Shown: in pieces, positions 37,640 through 47,623 of the stretch | How positions within the stretch are numbered: the stretch's first letter is position 1 | How the letters are laid out: the number at the start of each line of letters is the position of its first letter | Assembly: GCA_963664705.1 (NCBI GenBank) | Contig: OY761556.1 | Span: forward strand, 5,312,001-5,376,000 | Direction: 5' to 3' | DNA from: Acidobacteriota bacterium | GTDB taxonomy: Bacteria > Acidobacteriota > UBA6911 | DNA length: 64,000 bases | The notes under the pieces: generated by a model | Databases searched by the model: none | Told to the model about the DNA's origin: nothing | Seen by the model: the letters and a program-made list of their open reading frames with translations, nothing else | Made by a program: the position numbers and the translations under genes

Positions 37640-40198
37640 ATGAAAAGGAATCACTGCCAACCATTAAATCACTCAATGAGTGAAGGCGTGGTTTGTGTCG
37701 AGAGTCAACATAATCAGGCAATGAACGGATCTCTCGTAGACATTGAAGTCCCGCTTCTGGCAGACACACCGCTCGGTCCAATCCACTCCCTGGTCCATGA
37801 CCATTCCGGCCGTATATTTCTCTCCGATGAGATCAATCACCGGATCGTTTGCCTGACGCAAAAAGGAACGCCGCTTTGGTGGCGAGGCCGCACATCTTCC
37901 GATCCCATTCCCTTCCGATATCCCCAAGGCATTGCGTTGGGCCGGATGCATACGGGAAATTCGGAATCCGTTGATTGCCTGGCGGTATGCGACTCCTGGA
38001 ATGACCGGGTTGTTTTTGTCAGCCCGGAAGGAGATCAAATCGGTGAATGGGGGTCTGCCGGAGATCTGCCGCTCAAAGAAGTTTCAGACATTCGGTATCT
38101 TCGAAACGGATGGAAGAAGGAAACGGAGGATGAGGAAAACTGTTGGCTTCTTGTCGACCGTGGTAATCATAGATTGTGCTGGCTTGGTGAAGATGGACGG
38201 CTATTGGAACAGGTTGGGAAAGAATGCATTCCCTGGGTGCGGAATCACTTTAGTCTTTCGATTACCGAAGAATTGGTGAAGGAACTGGATTCTCCCAAAC
38301 CCAAACCGGTAGCTCCCTTTAACTTCATGTATTATCCAAGTCGCCTGGTTGGAGGAACCGGGCAGACTATGGCTGTTATTGAGCCCTTCAATAACGCCCT
38401 CAAGCTTATTCACCATGGTTTTCTTGTCACTCTGCCACTGAATTGCCGGCTATTCTTCTGGCTTGGCTTTGCTGAATGCGGATTTCTTGGATGGGATAAG
38501 ATTCACCATGTTTTGGTTTTGCAGGATCTGCGTGGAAATGAGATAGAGCGGATACAGACAATGGGTGTTCCGATCTGCGCTGATCTTGAGAAAAGTGAGT
38601 GGTGGGAGCAGCAGGGTTGCCGTATCACCCGTCACGTCTTTGTTCCTCCCGCGGCAACGTCCGCCAATGAAAGTAGAAATGCCGAAATAGAAGTGAGTGT
38701 TGCAAGCCAATTAGCGACGATGGGAATTGCATCCGTTGATCTGACCGAAATTGAAGCGGCGGTTAATGGGTATTCCGAATGCCTGCATGATCTGCTGCGA
38801 TTTGCAGCCGTTGTTTGCTTGAGAATGGAAGGCTCAGATCTGACCGAAGCCAATCCGCCATTGTGTGAAGCCGCTCTTGAGGAAGCACTAAACAGACTGA
38901 CACCCCAAAAGGACAGAATTGAAGGCAAGCTTCGTGCTCTGTGCATGCCGGTTTTAAGTTGGTGCATTAGTAGCCTGGGAGCATCCGAAAAGATCTCAAA
39001 TACGGATCTGTTGCGATTTGGCTCTTTTCTCATGCAGGTGCAGGCATCGTTGGATTCTGCGTTCGTTGCTTTGACCACACACTTGGATCGTATTGTTCTT
39101 GCCGGCGTTGACTTCGGATCCAGCATCGGGAAGCAGGGCGAATCCGCCCAAAACCTGATGAATCTCAGATTCAGGATCGATCAAGAGCTGTGGCCGATCG
39201 GCAAATTTCTCAGCGATACTTCGGATTTCTGTGCGCGTTGCCGTTGGTTTTTGGGCTTTGAAGCCTCCGATCGTCTCCTGCCGGAAAAGGCCGATTCCTG
39301 CCAGGCATCTGATATTTGCGGACTGCTTTTTGTTCCCGGGGTAACAAAAACAAAGGGGTTCAAGGAGATTGGTCGCTGGGAAATCGGATTGAATGGGGGT
39401 TTGCATAAGTCACCTCGACACCTTGTGCTGTCACACAAAGGGACTATTCAAGTTGCATTTAGTAGCAGCAGTTCCATTTTGGAGGTGGACCGAAATGGAA
39501 ATACGCTTGGGCACTCGATGCCGCCTTTGCCTGGTGCTGAGATCAGCGGGCCAGACGGCATCGAGTGGGACGACGATGGTCGTTTGTGGATGACGTATCG
39601 ATCCTCAAAAAGTGTTGTGGTCTGGGATGCATCTAAGAACACAATTCAGACTATTCAAGGGCGGGTAAACGACGCGAACGGGTTTGGGGATCCATTTGCC
39701 ATCTGCAAAGGGCGGGCTGGCGAGATGATCGTTTGCGATTGTACCGGCCACAAAATCAACGGAATTACTTATGAGGGAGAAAGCAAATACCTTGCTGGAA
39801 GCAGAGGTCGAGATCGCGGAAAGTTTGTTCATCCCTGTGGACTGGTGAGGGCTTCTGAGCCTGGATCGCAGGATGACTTTGCTGTCTGGGTTGTCGACCA
39901 TCGTAACCATCGTCTTCAAAAACTGAGCCCATCTGGAGATGTCCTCGGAGTAATTGGAGGCTGTGGTCTCAGGAAGGGGAATATGGCCTTCCCTCTGGGT
40001 GCCGCTGTATTTCAGGATGGCGCCATAGCGATTGGCATGTGGCATTTCATTCGTTGTCTGATGCTTGTATCTGAGCGGGGAGAGGAACTGGGTCGAATTC
40101 CAATCGATTTTGTTCCCGATCAGATGCTCGCCATAGATAACAGGCTACTGGTTGCTGATTACGAGGGTAATCGAATCCGCGTGTATGAGAGACAGTAA
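37640..40198 (+). CDS. NHL-repeat (two beta-propeller regions) protein with helical middle
   Basis: SDEINHRI, YPQGIA, CDSWNDRV, VDRGNHRL, GPDGI, HPCG, VDHRNHRLQK, ADYEGNRIRVY. Confidence 0.78.
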   Translation: MKRNHCQPLNHSMSEGVVCVESQHNQAMNGSLVDIEVPLLADTPLGPIHSLVHDHSGRIFLSDEINHRIVCLTQKGTPLWWRGRTSSDPIPFRYPQGIALGRMHTGNSESVDCLAVCDSWNDRVVFVSPEGDQIGEWGSAGDLPLKEVSDIRYLRNGWKKETEDEENCWLLVDRGNHRLCWLGEDGRLLEQVGKECIPWVRNHFSLSITEELVKELDSPKPKPVAPFNFMYYPSRLVGGTGQTMAVIEPFNNALKLIHHGFLVTLPLNCRLFFWLGFAECGFLGWDKIHHVLVLQDLRGNEIERIQTMGVPICADLEKSEWWEQQGCRITRHVFVPPAATSANESRNAEIEVSVASQLATMGIASVDLTEIEAAVNGYSECLHDLLRFAAVVCLRMEGSDLTEANPPLCEAALEEALNRLTPQKDRIEGKLRALCMPVLSWCISSLGASEKISNTDLLRFGSFLMQVQASLDSAFVALTTHLDRIVLAGVDFGSSIGKQGESAQNLMNLRFRIDQELWPIGKFLSDTSDFCARCRWFLGFEASDRLLPEKADSCQASDICGLLFVPGVTKTKGFKEIGRWEIGLNGGLHKSPRHLVLSHKGTIQVAFSSSSSILEVDRNGNTLGHSMPPLPGAEISGPDGIEWDDDGRLWMTYRSSKSVVVWDASKNTIQTIQGRVNDANGFGDPFAICKGRAGEMIVCDCTGHKINGITYEGESKYLAGSRGRDRGKFVHPCGLVRASEPGSQDDFAVWVVDHRNHRLQKLSPSGDVLGVIGGCGLRKGNMAFPLGAAVFQDGAIAIGMWHFIRCLMLVSERGEELGRIPIDFVPDQMLAIDNRLLVADYEGNRIRVYERQ

Positions 40199-40236
40199 TT
40201 GATGAGCTTTCGCTATAGCGACGGTTTGTTCGAGGA

Positions 40237-41556
40237 ATGGGAAGAAAAATGAAAGTATTGCCTCCATATTTGAACCATCATCTTGCCAAGGTTCCAAGGA
40301 TAGTTCAGGAAAATTTGAAATCCCAGGTTGCACAACTTAAAGCCAGTGGGGCTCGTGTGCTGCTGTACCTTGATCCTCTCTTGACCCTGAATCTTTGGGC
40401 AAGGGGAACGTTTGCTGATGTAAATGTTTTGGGGGCAGTTACAAAACACACGAGTAATTTTAAGATCAATGTGCGTGGGCTTCCCATTTATTCTTTTGGT
40501 GAAATGGCGCATTTGAAAGCAGATGCAATCATTGTCTCCGACTATAGATTTCACCAGAGAATTTCGGAAGGGCTGTTGCCCCTGTCGCAAAAATATGGTT
40601 TCAGCATTGTAGATATATGCCAGGAATTTGATGCCAAGGCCTTCCGTAGAGAATGGGCGGAGGAAATGACCCGTCAGATCTTTTCTAATGAGGTTGAAGG
40701 GTGGCCTGCCCGTCAAGTCGAGATCTGGATTCCGCCGACCTGGGGATTGGGAGATAGGCTTTGCGCGCTTTCTGCGGCGCGTGAGTTTGCACGCAGGAAC
40801 CCGGAGCGAAGAGTTCGGTTTCAATACCTGCCTGAAATTATTGAAGCCTATGGCGATGATCTAATTATGGCTGGAAGCGGTGGCTATGTCATTCCTTCCC
40901 AATATCCTAACTTTTATCGCGATCCGGATAATTCGGTTGCCGAAAACTACCTTGGTTGTTTTTATCTGAATATTGGATTGGATTTCGATACACCGCCTAC
41001 GCTGGAACTCCCGCAATTGCCTCCCTGTCCGGATCTCAAGCCAGGCTCCTATATTGCGCTTCAGCCACGCTCTGTGTGGGCAAACCCCAATATTACGAGT
41101 GAACAGCTGGAAGCAGTTGTTCAGAAAGCGCCTCTACCCGTCGTGGTTGTGGGCCGGCCGGATACCCCGCGTGACATGCCAAGCGCGGATTTCGGCCATC
41201 TCGGTACTCCAATTGAAATGCTTCGGATCATCCAGCATGCGGCATTCCTGATGACGCCGCGATCGGCAAGTGCAAATATCGGCGCCGCCTATGATGTCTC
41301 AACACTTCTCTGGGTCCCTGATGATGGAGCCAACTGGCAGCTCGCATACCCAGGTTGGGATTACAGGACGGTCCGAATCAAAAGCATAAACCTTGTTGAT
41401 CGTCTGGTGCGAGAAATGATCGCGCTGCAGGATCGAATTGAGAGCAAAAATAATCTGGCCGTCCAATCCACACAACACTGCGGTATTGCCCTCCAATCGT
41501 CAAAATCATTTATGGGCAGGGAGCTTTCGAATTTCCATGGAGGGATAGCGCAATGA
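40237..41556 (+). CDS. GT9-like glycosyltransferase with N-terminal Rossmann-like module
   Basis: GLGDRLCALSA, YIALQP, IQHAAFLMT..SA.ANIGAAY (GT-B, heptosyltransferase-like). Confidence 0.7.
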   Translation: MGRKMKVLPPYLNHHLAKVPRIVQENLKSQVAQLKASGARVLLYLDPLLTLNLWARGTFADVNVLGAVTKHTSNFKINVRGLPIYSFGEMAHLKADAIIVSDYRFHQRISEGLLPLSQKYGFSIVDICQEFDAKAFRREWAEEMTRQIFSNEVEGWPARQVEIWIPPTWGLGDRLCALSAAREFARRNPERRVRFQYLPEIIEAYGDDLIMAGSGGYVIPSQYPNFYRDPDNSVAENYLGCFYLNIGLDFDTPPTLELPQLPPCPDLKPGSYIALQPRSVWANPNITSEQLEAVVQKAPLPVVVVGRPDTPRDMPSADFGHLGTPIEMLRIIQHAAFLMTPRSASANIGAAYDVSTLLWVPDDGANWQLAYPGWDYRTVRIKSINLVDRLVREMIALQDRIESKNNLAVQSTQHCGIALQSSKSFMGRELSNFHGGIAQ

Positions 41557-43193
41557 CAACGCCCGTGTACACATCAGTCCCTGAGCATGTCCGCGCAAAT
41601 CTCCGTTTTATGCTGCCGCGGGTCAAGGATCGAAAGCTGAAGGGAATGATCTGTCCTGCCGGGGGATTTACGGAAACACTTCTTGGAGAAGACTTGTTTG
41701 GTGCGGTTGAGATTGTAGGGCTTCTCGATAACGATCCGTCGAAGCACGAAACAATGGTTTCCGGTATACCCGTGAGAGCCATTTCTTCGATCGAAACAGA
41801 TCGACCGGATTTCATCATCGTTGCCTCCATGTCTTACAGCAGGGAGATACTGGCGCAGCTTGCGCCCTTCAGCCGTCGACATCGAATCAGGCTGCTGGAC
41901 ATTTGCCGTGGTGAAGCACCGACTTCTTTTACCTATCTAAACACGACTTTGGCACCTATTCCTGACGAGGTATTACTTAACGCAAGGAAATATTTCCCGC
42001 GGCTTGTGTCAGGAAGGAAAAGAGTAGTTCTTTATGCCACCGATTCACTGGCTCTCAATCTATCGATGCGCGGGATGTTGGTCGACTTGCAGATCGTCGG
42101 GCTTATCGATGGTGATCATCAGTATGCCGGAGGAGAGTGCCAGGGTCTCCGTATTATCAGCAGGGACCAGGCGAAAAACATCAATGCCGATACCATCGTT
42201 ATGATTGACCCGCTGCGACGGAGCGAAAGCGTGAAAAATGTCTGTGCGATCGCAACGTCCCAGGGGCTGGAGATCATAGATCTATGCGAGGGAATGACCA
42301 TAGACAAGGCAAGATCGCAATTCGCTGATGCCATTGGCGGAAAAATCCTATCCGACCAGATGAATAACCGCTCATCGAGCAAAGTGGAAATTCGAGTCCC
42401 AAATGGCGGTCTGTGCGATTCCCTTTGTGCTATTTCAGCGGCTCGGGAATTTGCTCGACGCAATCCGAATCATGAGGTTCGATTCCAACAATATCCTGAG
42501 ATTCTGGAGGCCTATGGCGATGGGCTGGTAATGCCTGGACGGGGCGGATATGTTATTCCCGATCAGGCGGGCCACTTTATTTCAGATCGATGGAGTTCAA
42601 CCGCGGGCAACTACCAGGGATGTTACTATCTGGGGCTCGGAATGAATTTTGACATGCTTCCGCATCCGGAGCTTCCCCACGCTTCTCCTATCGAGGGTCT
42701 ACTGCCGCGATCGTATATCGTGCTGCAAACCGGAGTTGAGGCAACCGCGCCAAATCCTTCGATAGGGCTAATCGAGGCTATCGTTAGAAACGCACCGTAT
42801 CGCGTTTTGTGTATAGGCGATGGAAAGAAGGGACGGGCAATCAACGGTGTTGATTATTTTAGCCCCGCATCCGTTTTGGAAATGCTGACGCTGATCGAGA
42901 ATGCCGCTGCTGTTTTGACATCGCGAGCCGGCATCAGTCATGTTGCAGCCGCTTATTGCGTTCCTTCAGTTATCTGGACCCCTGGCGATGCTTATGATTG
43001 GCATCTGAACTATTCCGACTGGAATCATCGACGCATCTGTTTAGGGGATGAGGGATCCATGCTGCAATTCGAGAAATCGATAGAGATGCTTGTCAATGCC
43101 AGGCAATTGCCGATCGCTTCTCAAAATTGGTTGCCGGGCAACGCCGGAATGATGCCGCCGCTGCAATCTACCGGTGCTTTCCCCGTTCGATAG
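41553..43193 (+). CDS. GT9-like glycosyltransferase (paralog of 40237-41556) with two N-terminal Rossmann-like modules
   Basis: GGLCDSLCAISAAREFARRNP, AGISHVAAAYCVP; shares long near-identical blocks with the previous gene. Confidence 0.72.
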   Translation: MTTPVYTSVPEHVRANLRFMLPRVKDRKLKGMICPAGGFTETLLGEDLFGAVEIVGLLDNDPSKHETMVSGIPVRAISSIETDRPDFIIVASMSYSREILAQLAPFSRRHRIRLLDICRGEAPTSFTYLNTTLAPIPDEVLLNARKYFPRLVSGRKRVVLYATDSLALNLSMRGMLVDLQIVGLIDGDHQYAGGECQGLRIISRDQAKNINADTIVMIDPLRRSESVKNVCAIATSQGLEIIDLCEGMTIDKARSQFADAIGGKILSDQMNNRSSSKVEIRVPNGGLCDSLCAISAAREFARRNPNHEVRFQQYPEILEAYGDGLVMPGRGGYVIPDQAGHFISDRWSSTAGNYQGCYYLGLGMNFDMLPHPELPHASPIEGLLPRSYIVLQTGVEATAPNPSIGLIEAIVRNAPYRVLCIGDGKKGRAINGVDYFSPASVLEMLTLIENAAAVLTSRAGISHVAAAYCVPSVIWTPGDAYDWHLNYSDWNHRRICLGDEGSMLQFEKSIEMLVNARQLPIASQNWLPGNAGMMPPLQSTGAFPVR

Positions 43194-43202
43194 GAGAATA
43201 GG

Positions 43203-44402
43203 ATGAATGCTGCCATGATAACGCCAATTCCAGACCACATTCGTGCCAAAGTGCGGTTGCTTTTGCCGGGAATCCGGCAATCCAAGCAAAAAGGGATGCT
43301 ATGTCCCGCTGGAGGACTGGCTGCCTCGCTGCTGAAAGAGATGCTTGTGCCTGGAGAGGAAATTATCGCACTGCTTGACAATAATGAAACAAAGCATGGC
43401 ACGTTGATTGGAGGAGTGCCGGTTATTCCGCTATCTGGGATGGAAAAGACTCGGCCGAGTTTTGTTATGGTTGCAACGATCAGCTTTCGTGATGAGATCA
43501 TTGCTCAGCTGCGGCCGTTGGCAGATCGATTCGGTTTCCAGATTTTAGACTTGTGCGACTTGCCGGCCGCGCCTGACGCCCTACTCCATCATCAGCTCAG
43601 CCGACTGGACAAGATGTATACGATTCAATGCAGAGAGCATATTGATCGGATTCTGTCGAATCCGGAGTATGACAATCCTTTGCGACTGGAGAAATTCGGT
43701 TACAGCTGTTATTCGCAGCATGACGAGGATGGGATAATCCAGGAAATTATCCGGCGAACAGAAGGCGGGCCAAAAACTTTTGTTGAATTTGGTGCCGGCG
43801 ATGGAATGGAAAACAATACACTTCTTTTGTTGAAGCAGGGCTGGAGCGGGTTGTGGATCGACGCTGGTGCTGAAAATGCTTTTTCGATACGAAATCGCTT
43901 TGAGGGTTCCATTCAAAGCGGAACGCTTACCTTTCTCGAGAAGATGATAACCCGGGAAAATATTAACGAGCTTATCGGTTCCCGATATCAAGGAGAAATC
44001 GGGTTCCTGAGTGTCGATGTTGACGGCAACGATTACTATATATGGGAAAGTATTAGCGTCATTTCACCTCGAATTGTTGCTATTGAATATAATGCGAAAT
44101 TCCCACCGCCAATAAAATGGAGCATAACCTACGACCCTGAGCATGTTTGGGATGGTAGCGACTATATGGGGGCAAGCCTGGCAGCTATAGCCGATCTTGG
44201 ATGCAGGAAGAACTACCAGCTGGTGGGATGCAATATCAACGGAACGAATGCATTTTTTGTACGGAAAGATCTCGTCAAAGGGCGCTTTATCGAGAGCGCA
44301 GATCCAGCAACCTATTACCATCCGCCGCGATATTACCTGATGGAGGGATTCCGGCAATCGTGTGGGCATCGCCCTGATCCGCGAACCGGCTGTTTCTTTT
44401 AA
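43203..44402 (+). CDS. FkbM-like (Methyltransf_21-type) methyltransferase with N-terminal Rossmann-like module
   Basis: YSQHDEDGII, FVEFGAGDG.ENNT, WSGLWID, SVDVDGNDY, IEYN, GASL, NAFFVR. Confidence 0.82.
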   Translation: MNAAMITPIPDHIRAKVRLLLPGIRQSKQKGMLCPAGGLAASLLKEMLVPGEEIIALLDNNETKHGTLIGGVPVIPLSGMEKTRPSFVMVATISFRDEIIAQLRPLADRFGFQILDLCDLPAAPDALLHHQLSRLDKMYTIQCREHIDRILSNPEYDNPLRLEKFGYSCYSQHDEDGIIQEIIRRTEGGPKTFVEFGAGDGMENNTLLLLKQGWSGLWIDAGAENAFSIRNRFEGSIQSGTLTFLEKMITRENINELIGSRYQGEIGFLSVDVDGNDYYIWESISVISPRIVAIEYNAKFPPPIKWSITYDPEHVWDGSDYMGASLAAIADLGCRKNYQLVGCNINGTNAFFVRKDLVKGRFIESADPATYYHPPRYYLMEGFRQSCGHRPDPRTGCFF

Positions 44403-44426
44403 GCGATAAGCGAAAGGACAAGAGAG

Positions 44427-45626
44427 ATGAGTAACATGGCTCCACCGGGCTTGTTCCAAGTTGAGCTCACAAATTACTGCAACCTTAATTGCGCAATGTG
44501 CGCTCGTTCGTCGGGTATGAAGCGGCCGCTTGGGCATATGGACATTAATCTCTTTCGCGAGATTGTGGATCAGTCGGTATCGCAGAACATGCCAATTCAC
44601 TGGTTTCATCATTTTGGTGAGCCGCTGATGTATAAGCACTTCCGGGAAGCGATGACATACTTTCGTCAGAAGGGGCTGGGGCGTGGCAGCATCAGCACGA
44701 ATGCTGTTTTATTGAACGATGACAAAATTGACATCCTTCTCGAAAACTGCAGCTACGTCCTGTGCTGCGTCGATAGTTCTCTCCCGGACGCCTATGCTCA
44801 GATTAGAGGCAACACGCATCATGATCGGGTTTGTGACAACGTTGCCAGGTTCATTGCCGAGCGAAACAAAAGGAATGCCGACTGCGAGATCGTGATCCAG
44901 TTTTTGCGCACAAAGCATAACCAGGAAGAGGATGTTACTGGTCTCGTTAATTTGTTTGGAATTCATCCTAAGGTTCGATATATCGAAAAGCGCCTTGATA
45001 AGCATCCAAATGGAGCGGACCTCCGTATGTTCTCCAATCCGGCGGACTATTCTGCCAAGCTGCAATGCCATATGTCTCGGGACCAGCTATGCATCCTGTG
45101 GAATGGTGATTGTGTCCCTTGCTGCTGGGATTCGGATGGAGAGCAATCCATAGGAAACATTTCACAAGAAGCGCTCTGCCAGATTTGGCAAGGTACTAAG
45201 CATCGTGCCTTTCAGAAAAGGCTCGCAGAAGCCAGATTTGATGAGTTGCCGGTATGCAAGAATTGTCCGGGGCCGGTGACCGATTATGATTTTGCCTATA
45301 CCGAGACAATCAATTCGTGGGTCGATACCTGGAAAAGGGCAGGTTCAAAGGTGGTCATTGCCCCAGGAAGCCCGCGAATGGCCAGCCTGCTAAAAACGAC
45401 GCGGCTAAGGGAATCGAATATTGTTGCCTTTTGTGATGCCAATCCGAGGCTGCATGGCACATCGATGGAGGGAATTCCTGTAAAACCATACGATGCCATC
45501 GAGGCATTGCATCCAGACGTAATTTTTATTTATTCAGCGCTGCACGGGGCTGCGATTTACGATTCGTTAAAACGCTATCAGAACATGGGGATCGGAATAT
45601 CGCAATTGGCAGGGCCGCTGGACTGA
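44427..45626 (+). CDS. Radical SAM protein with SPASM/twitch domain and C-terminal Rossmann-like module
   Basis: CNLNCAMC (CxxxCxxC), GEP, STN, C..G.CVPCC.D, IGN, CKNC. Confidence 0.9.
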   Translation: MSNMAPPGLFQVELTNYCNLNCAMCARSSGMKRPLGHMDINLFREIVDQSVSQNMPIHWFHHFGEPLMYKHFREAMTYFRQKGLGRGSISTNAVLLNDDKIDILLENCSYVLCCVDSSLPDAYAQIRGNTHHDRVCDNVARFIAERNKRNADCEIVIQFLRTKHNQEEDVTGLVNLFGIHPKVRYIEKRLDKHPNGADLRMFSNPADYSAKLQCHMSRDQLCILWNGDCVPCCWDSDGEQSIGNISQEALCQIWQGTKHRAFQKRLAEARFDELPVCKNCPGPVTDYDFAYTETINSWVDTWKRAGSKVVIAPGSPRMASLLKTTRLRESNIVAFCDANPRLHGTSMEGIPVKPYDAIEALHPDVIFIYSALHGAAIYDSLKRYQNMGIGISQLAGPLD

Positions 45627-45656
45627 TATAGGAATCAATCAACGGATGAAAAACTA

Positions 45657-47594
45657 ATGACTCGACGGAATACGCCAAAGAAATTTCGGGACAAGCTCAA
45701 TTATGCGGCATTGCTCGGCAATATATTGTCGGGGGCTGCGCTTCCCTATGCCTTATATGGTGGCGGTGCCTGCGCCTCGGAGATATTGAATTTTTTCGAG
45801 GAAAATGGTCTTCCTTTGCCGAGAGTCATTTTTGATCGAAATCCTGCAGCGAAGGAGCTTCATGGCATTGCGCTGATGAAGCCGCTCAAAGAAAACTTGA
45901 ATGGAATTTCCACGATCATGCTCGCCACAGAAGTCTGGCAAGACTCGATGAAGAGGGATATTGCCGCCGTGTTTGGGCAGGATATCAGGGTCCTGGATAT
46001 CCTGTCGGTAAACCGTGAAGCGCGCAAATTGATCTCAAAAAAGCCGGCGGCTCTGACCGGTCAACTTTCTCGAGAATCGTTGAATATTGCAGTCCGATGT
46101 GATGGCGGAATGGGCGATGTTATCAATGTCAATGCGTGGTTGAAGCAATTCAGAAAGCTATTCATTTGCCCGATACGGATTGACGTGTTTTGCAGATCCA
46201 AAGCGGAAGGTCGGGCCATCTTTGAAAACTGTGGATTTGTCCATAGGGTATTTGCAGAACGAAGCTACATGAAACGGCAGGAGAACTACGATCTTGCCAT
46301 TATCGCTACCTGGTCAGTTCTGGTAGGCCACTTTAATGAAAAGAGAGCCGCACAATTTGATCGACGAATTGTCGATTTCGTCGCGAAACTCAAAGAGTTT
46401 TGGAATGAAAACGACCGATATCTCCGTTTTGAAAACCTGCATATGTTGATGCGGCTTTGCGTATATAGGGGCATAGACCGTTGGAAGTTGCTCGGAGGTG
46501 CCGGTATCTTCCCATTTGACAAGAACTCGAGGCCATTTCTCCCGATTTCCGACTCGGCGCTGGCGTGCGTCAAGCAATATGGATTAGACAAGCGTCCTTA
46601 TATTGTGATTGGATCGGGTTGCAACGCTACCTTTAATTTTAAAAAGGCTCCCGTGCGGTCATGGCCTGCTGATAAATGGGATCAACTTGTCAGGCTGGTT
46701 AAGGCTAAATACCCTTCCCTTGCTATTGTTCAAATTGGTTCCGGGCAGACTGTCAAGCATATACAGGGCGTCGATATTGATATCGCAGGAAAGACTTCTC
46801 TTGAGGAAATGAAGGTCGTTTTAAAAAATGCGGCCTTTCTTATCGATTATGATACCGGGTCGATTCACTTCAATTATGCTATGGGACGAAGAAGTGCCGT
46901 TTTATTCGGCTCATCGTTCATCGAGTTTATAGGGTACGACCAAAACATCAATATCAGTGCCAAAGTATGTCCGGAGTGCATCTGGCTTCTTTCGGATTAT
47001 CCTGAGCACTGTGCTCTGGAGCAAGACCCACCAAAATGCATGGACTCCATAAGCCCGGAGATGGTTATGGGCCAAATTGCGCCTGTTATCCTCTCATTGT
47101 CAAAGAATTGCCTGCATGAAAGGGAGACCAGTACAGGAAGCTATAGGGATTTGGAAAAGCGCCTGGCGGTTGTTTTGGGTGCAGGTGGTAAATCGGTAAA
47201 ACGGCTCGCAATCTTTGGGAACAACTTCATCGGCATTATCCCGAATGCAATTCAGAATGGTTTCTCAACGACGTTTTTCACTGTCAGGCCGGAAGAGGCG
47301 CTCAAGAAGTTTGGAGTTTTCCAGCAGGAGGGAGTGTCGATTGAGTTTGGCTCGCCCGTTAATATGCCAGTGGAATCGGGTAGTTTTGATGCGATACTGT
47401 TCCAGGCGCACCAATCGTGGGATGCCGCAAAGATTTCAGCTGTTAAATGCGAAGCAGCGAGGGTGTTGAAGCCGGAAGGCATACTTATTTTACTGGAAAA
47501 CGCCCAGAGAAAGACTGCATCAATTACTATCTTCCAAAACAGGGAAGAGGCTTTGTTGCATGCATCCGCGATCGATACCGGAGAAGCCGCATGA
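45657..47594 (+). CDS. GT9-like glycosyltransferase with N-terminal Rossmann-like module and degenerate C-terminal methyltransferase-like domain
   Basis: GGMGDVI, RSWP..KW, QIG, GKTSLEE, DTGSIH, VLFG, CPEC...C...CM; C-terminal SFDAI...RVLKPEG. Confidence 0.78.
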   Translation: MTRRNTPKKFRDKLNYAALLGNILSGAALPYALYGGGACASEILNFFEENGLPLPRVIFDRNPAAKELHGIALMKPLKENLNGISTIMLATEVWQDSMKRDIAAVFGQDIRVLDILSVNREARKLISKKPAALTGQLSRESLNIAVRCDGGMGDVINVNAWLKQFRKLFICPIRIDVFCRSKAEGRAIFENCGFVHRVFAERSYMKRQENYDLAIIATWSVLVGHFNEKRAAQFDRRIVDFVAKLKEFWNENDRYLRFENLHMLMRLCVYRGIDRWKLLGGAGIFPFDKNSRPFLPISDSALACVKQYGLDKRPYIVIGSGCNATFNFKKAPVRSWPADKWDQLVRLVKAKYPSLAIVQIGSGQTVKHIQGVDIDIAGKTSLEEMKVVLKNAAFLIDYDTGSIHFNYAMGRRSAVLFGSSFIEFIGYDQNINISAKVCPECIWLLSDYPEHCALEQDPPKCMDSISPEMVMGQIAPVILSLSKNCLHERETSTGSYRDLEKRLAVVLGAGGKSVKRLAIFGNNFIGIIPNAIQNGFSTTFFTVRPEEALKKFGVFQQEGVSIEFGSPVNMPVESGSFDAILFQAHQSWDAAKISAVKCEAARVLKPEGILILLENAQRKTASITIFQNREEALLHASAIDTGEAA

Positions 47595-47623
47595 GCCTTA
47601 TCGATTGTGCCGCATAGGCGAAT

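Noticed and set aside
44427-45626. RiPP cluster around the radical SAM/SPASM gene
   Set aside because: No precursor peptide, RRE or peptidase adjacent; the context is glycan modification.
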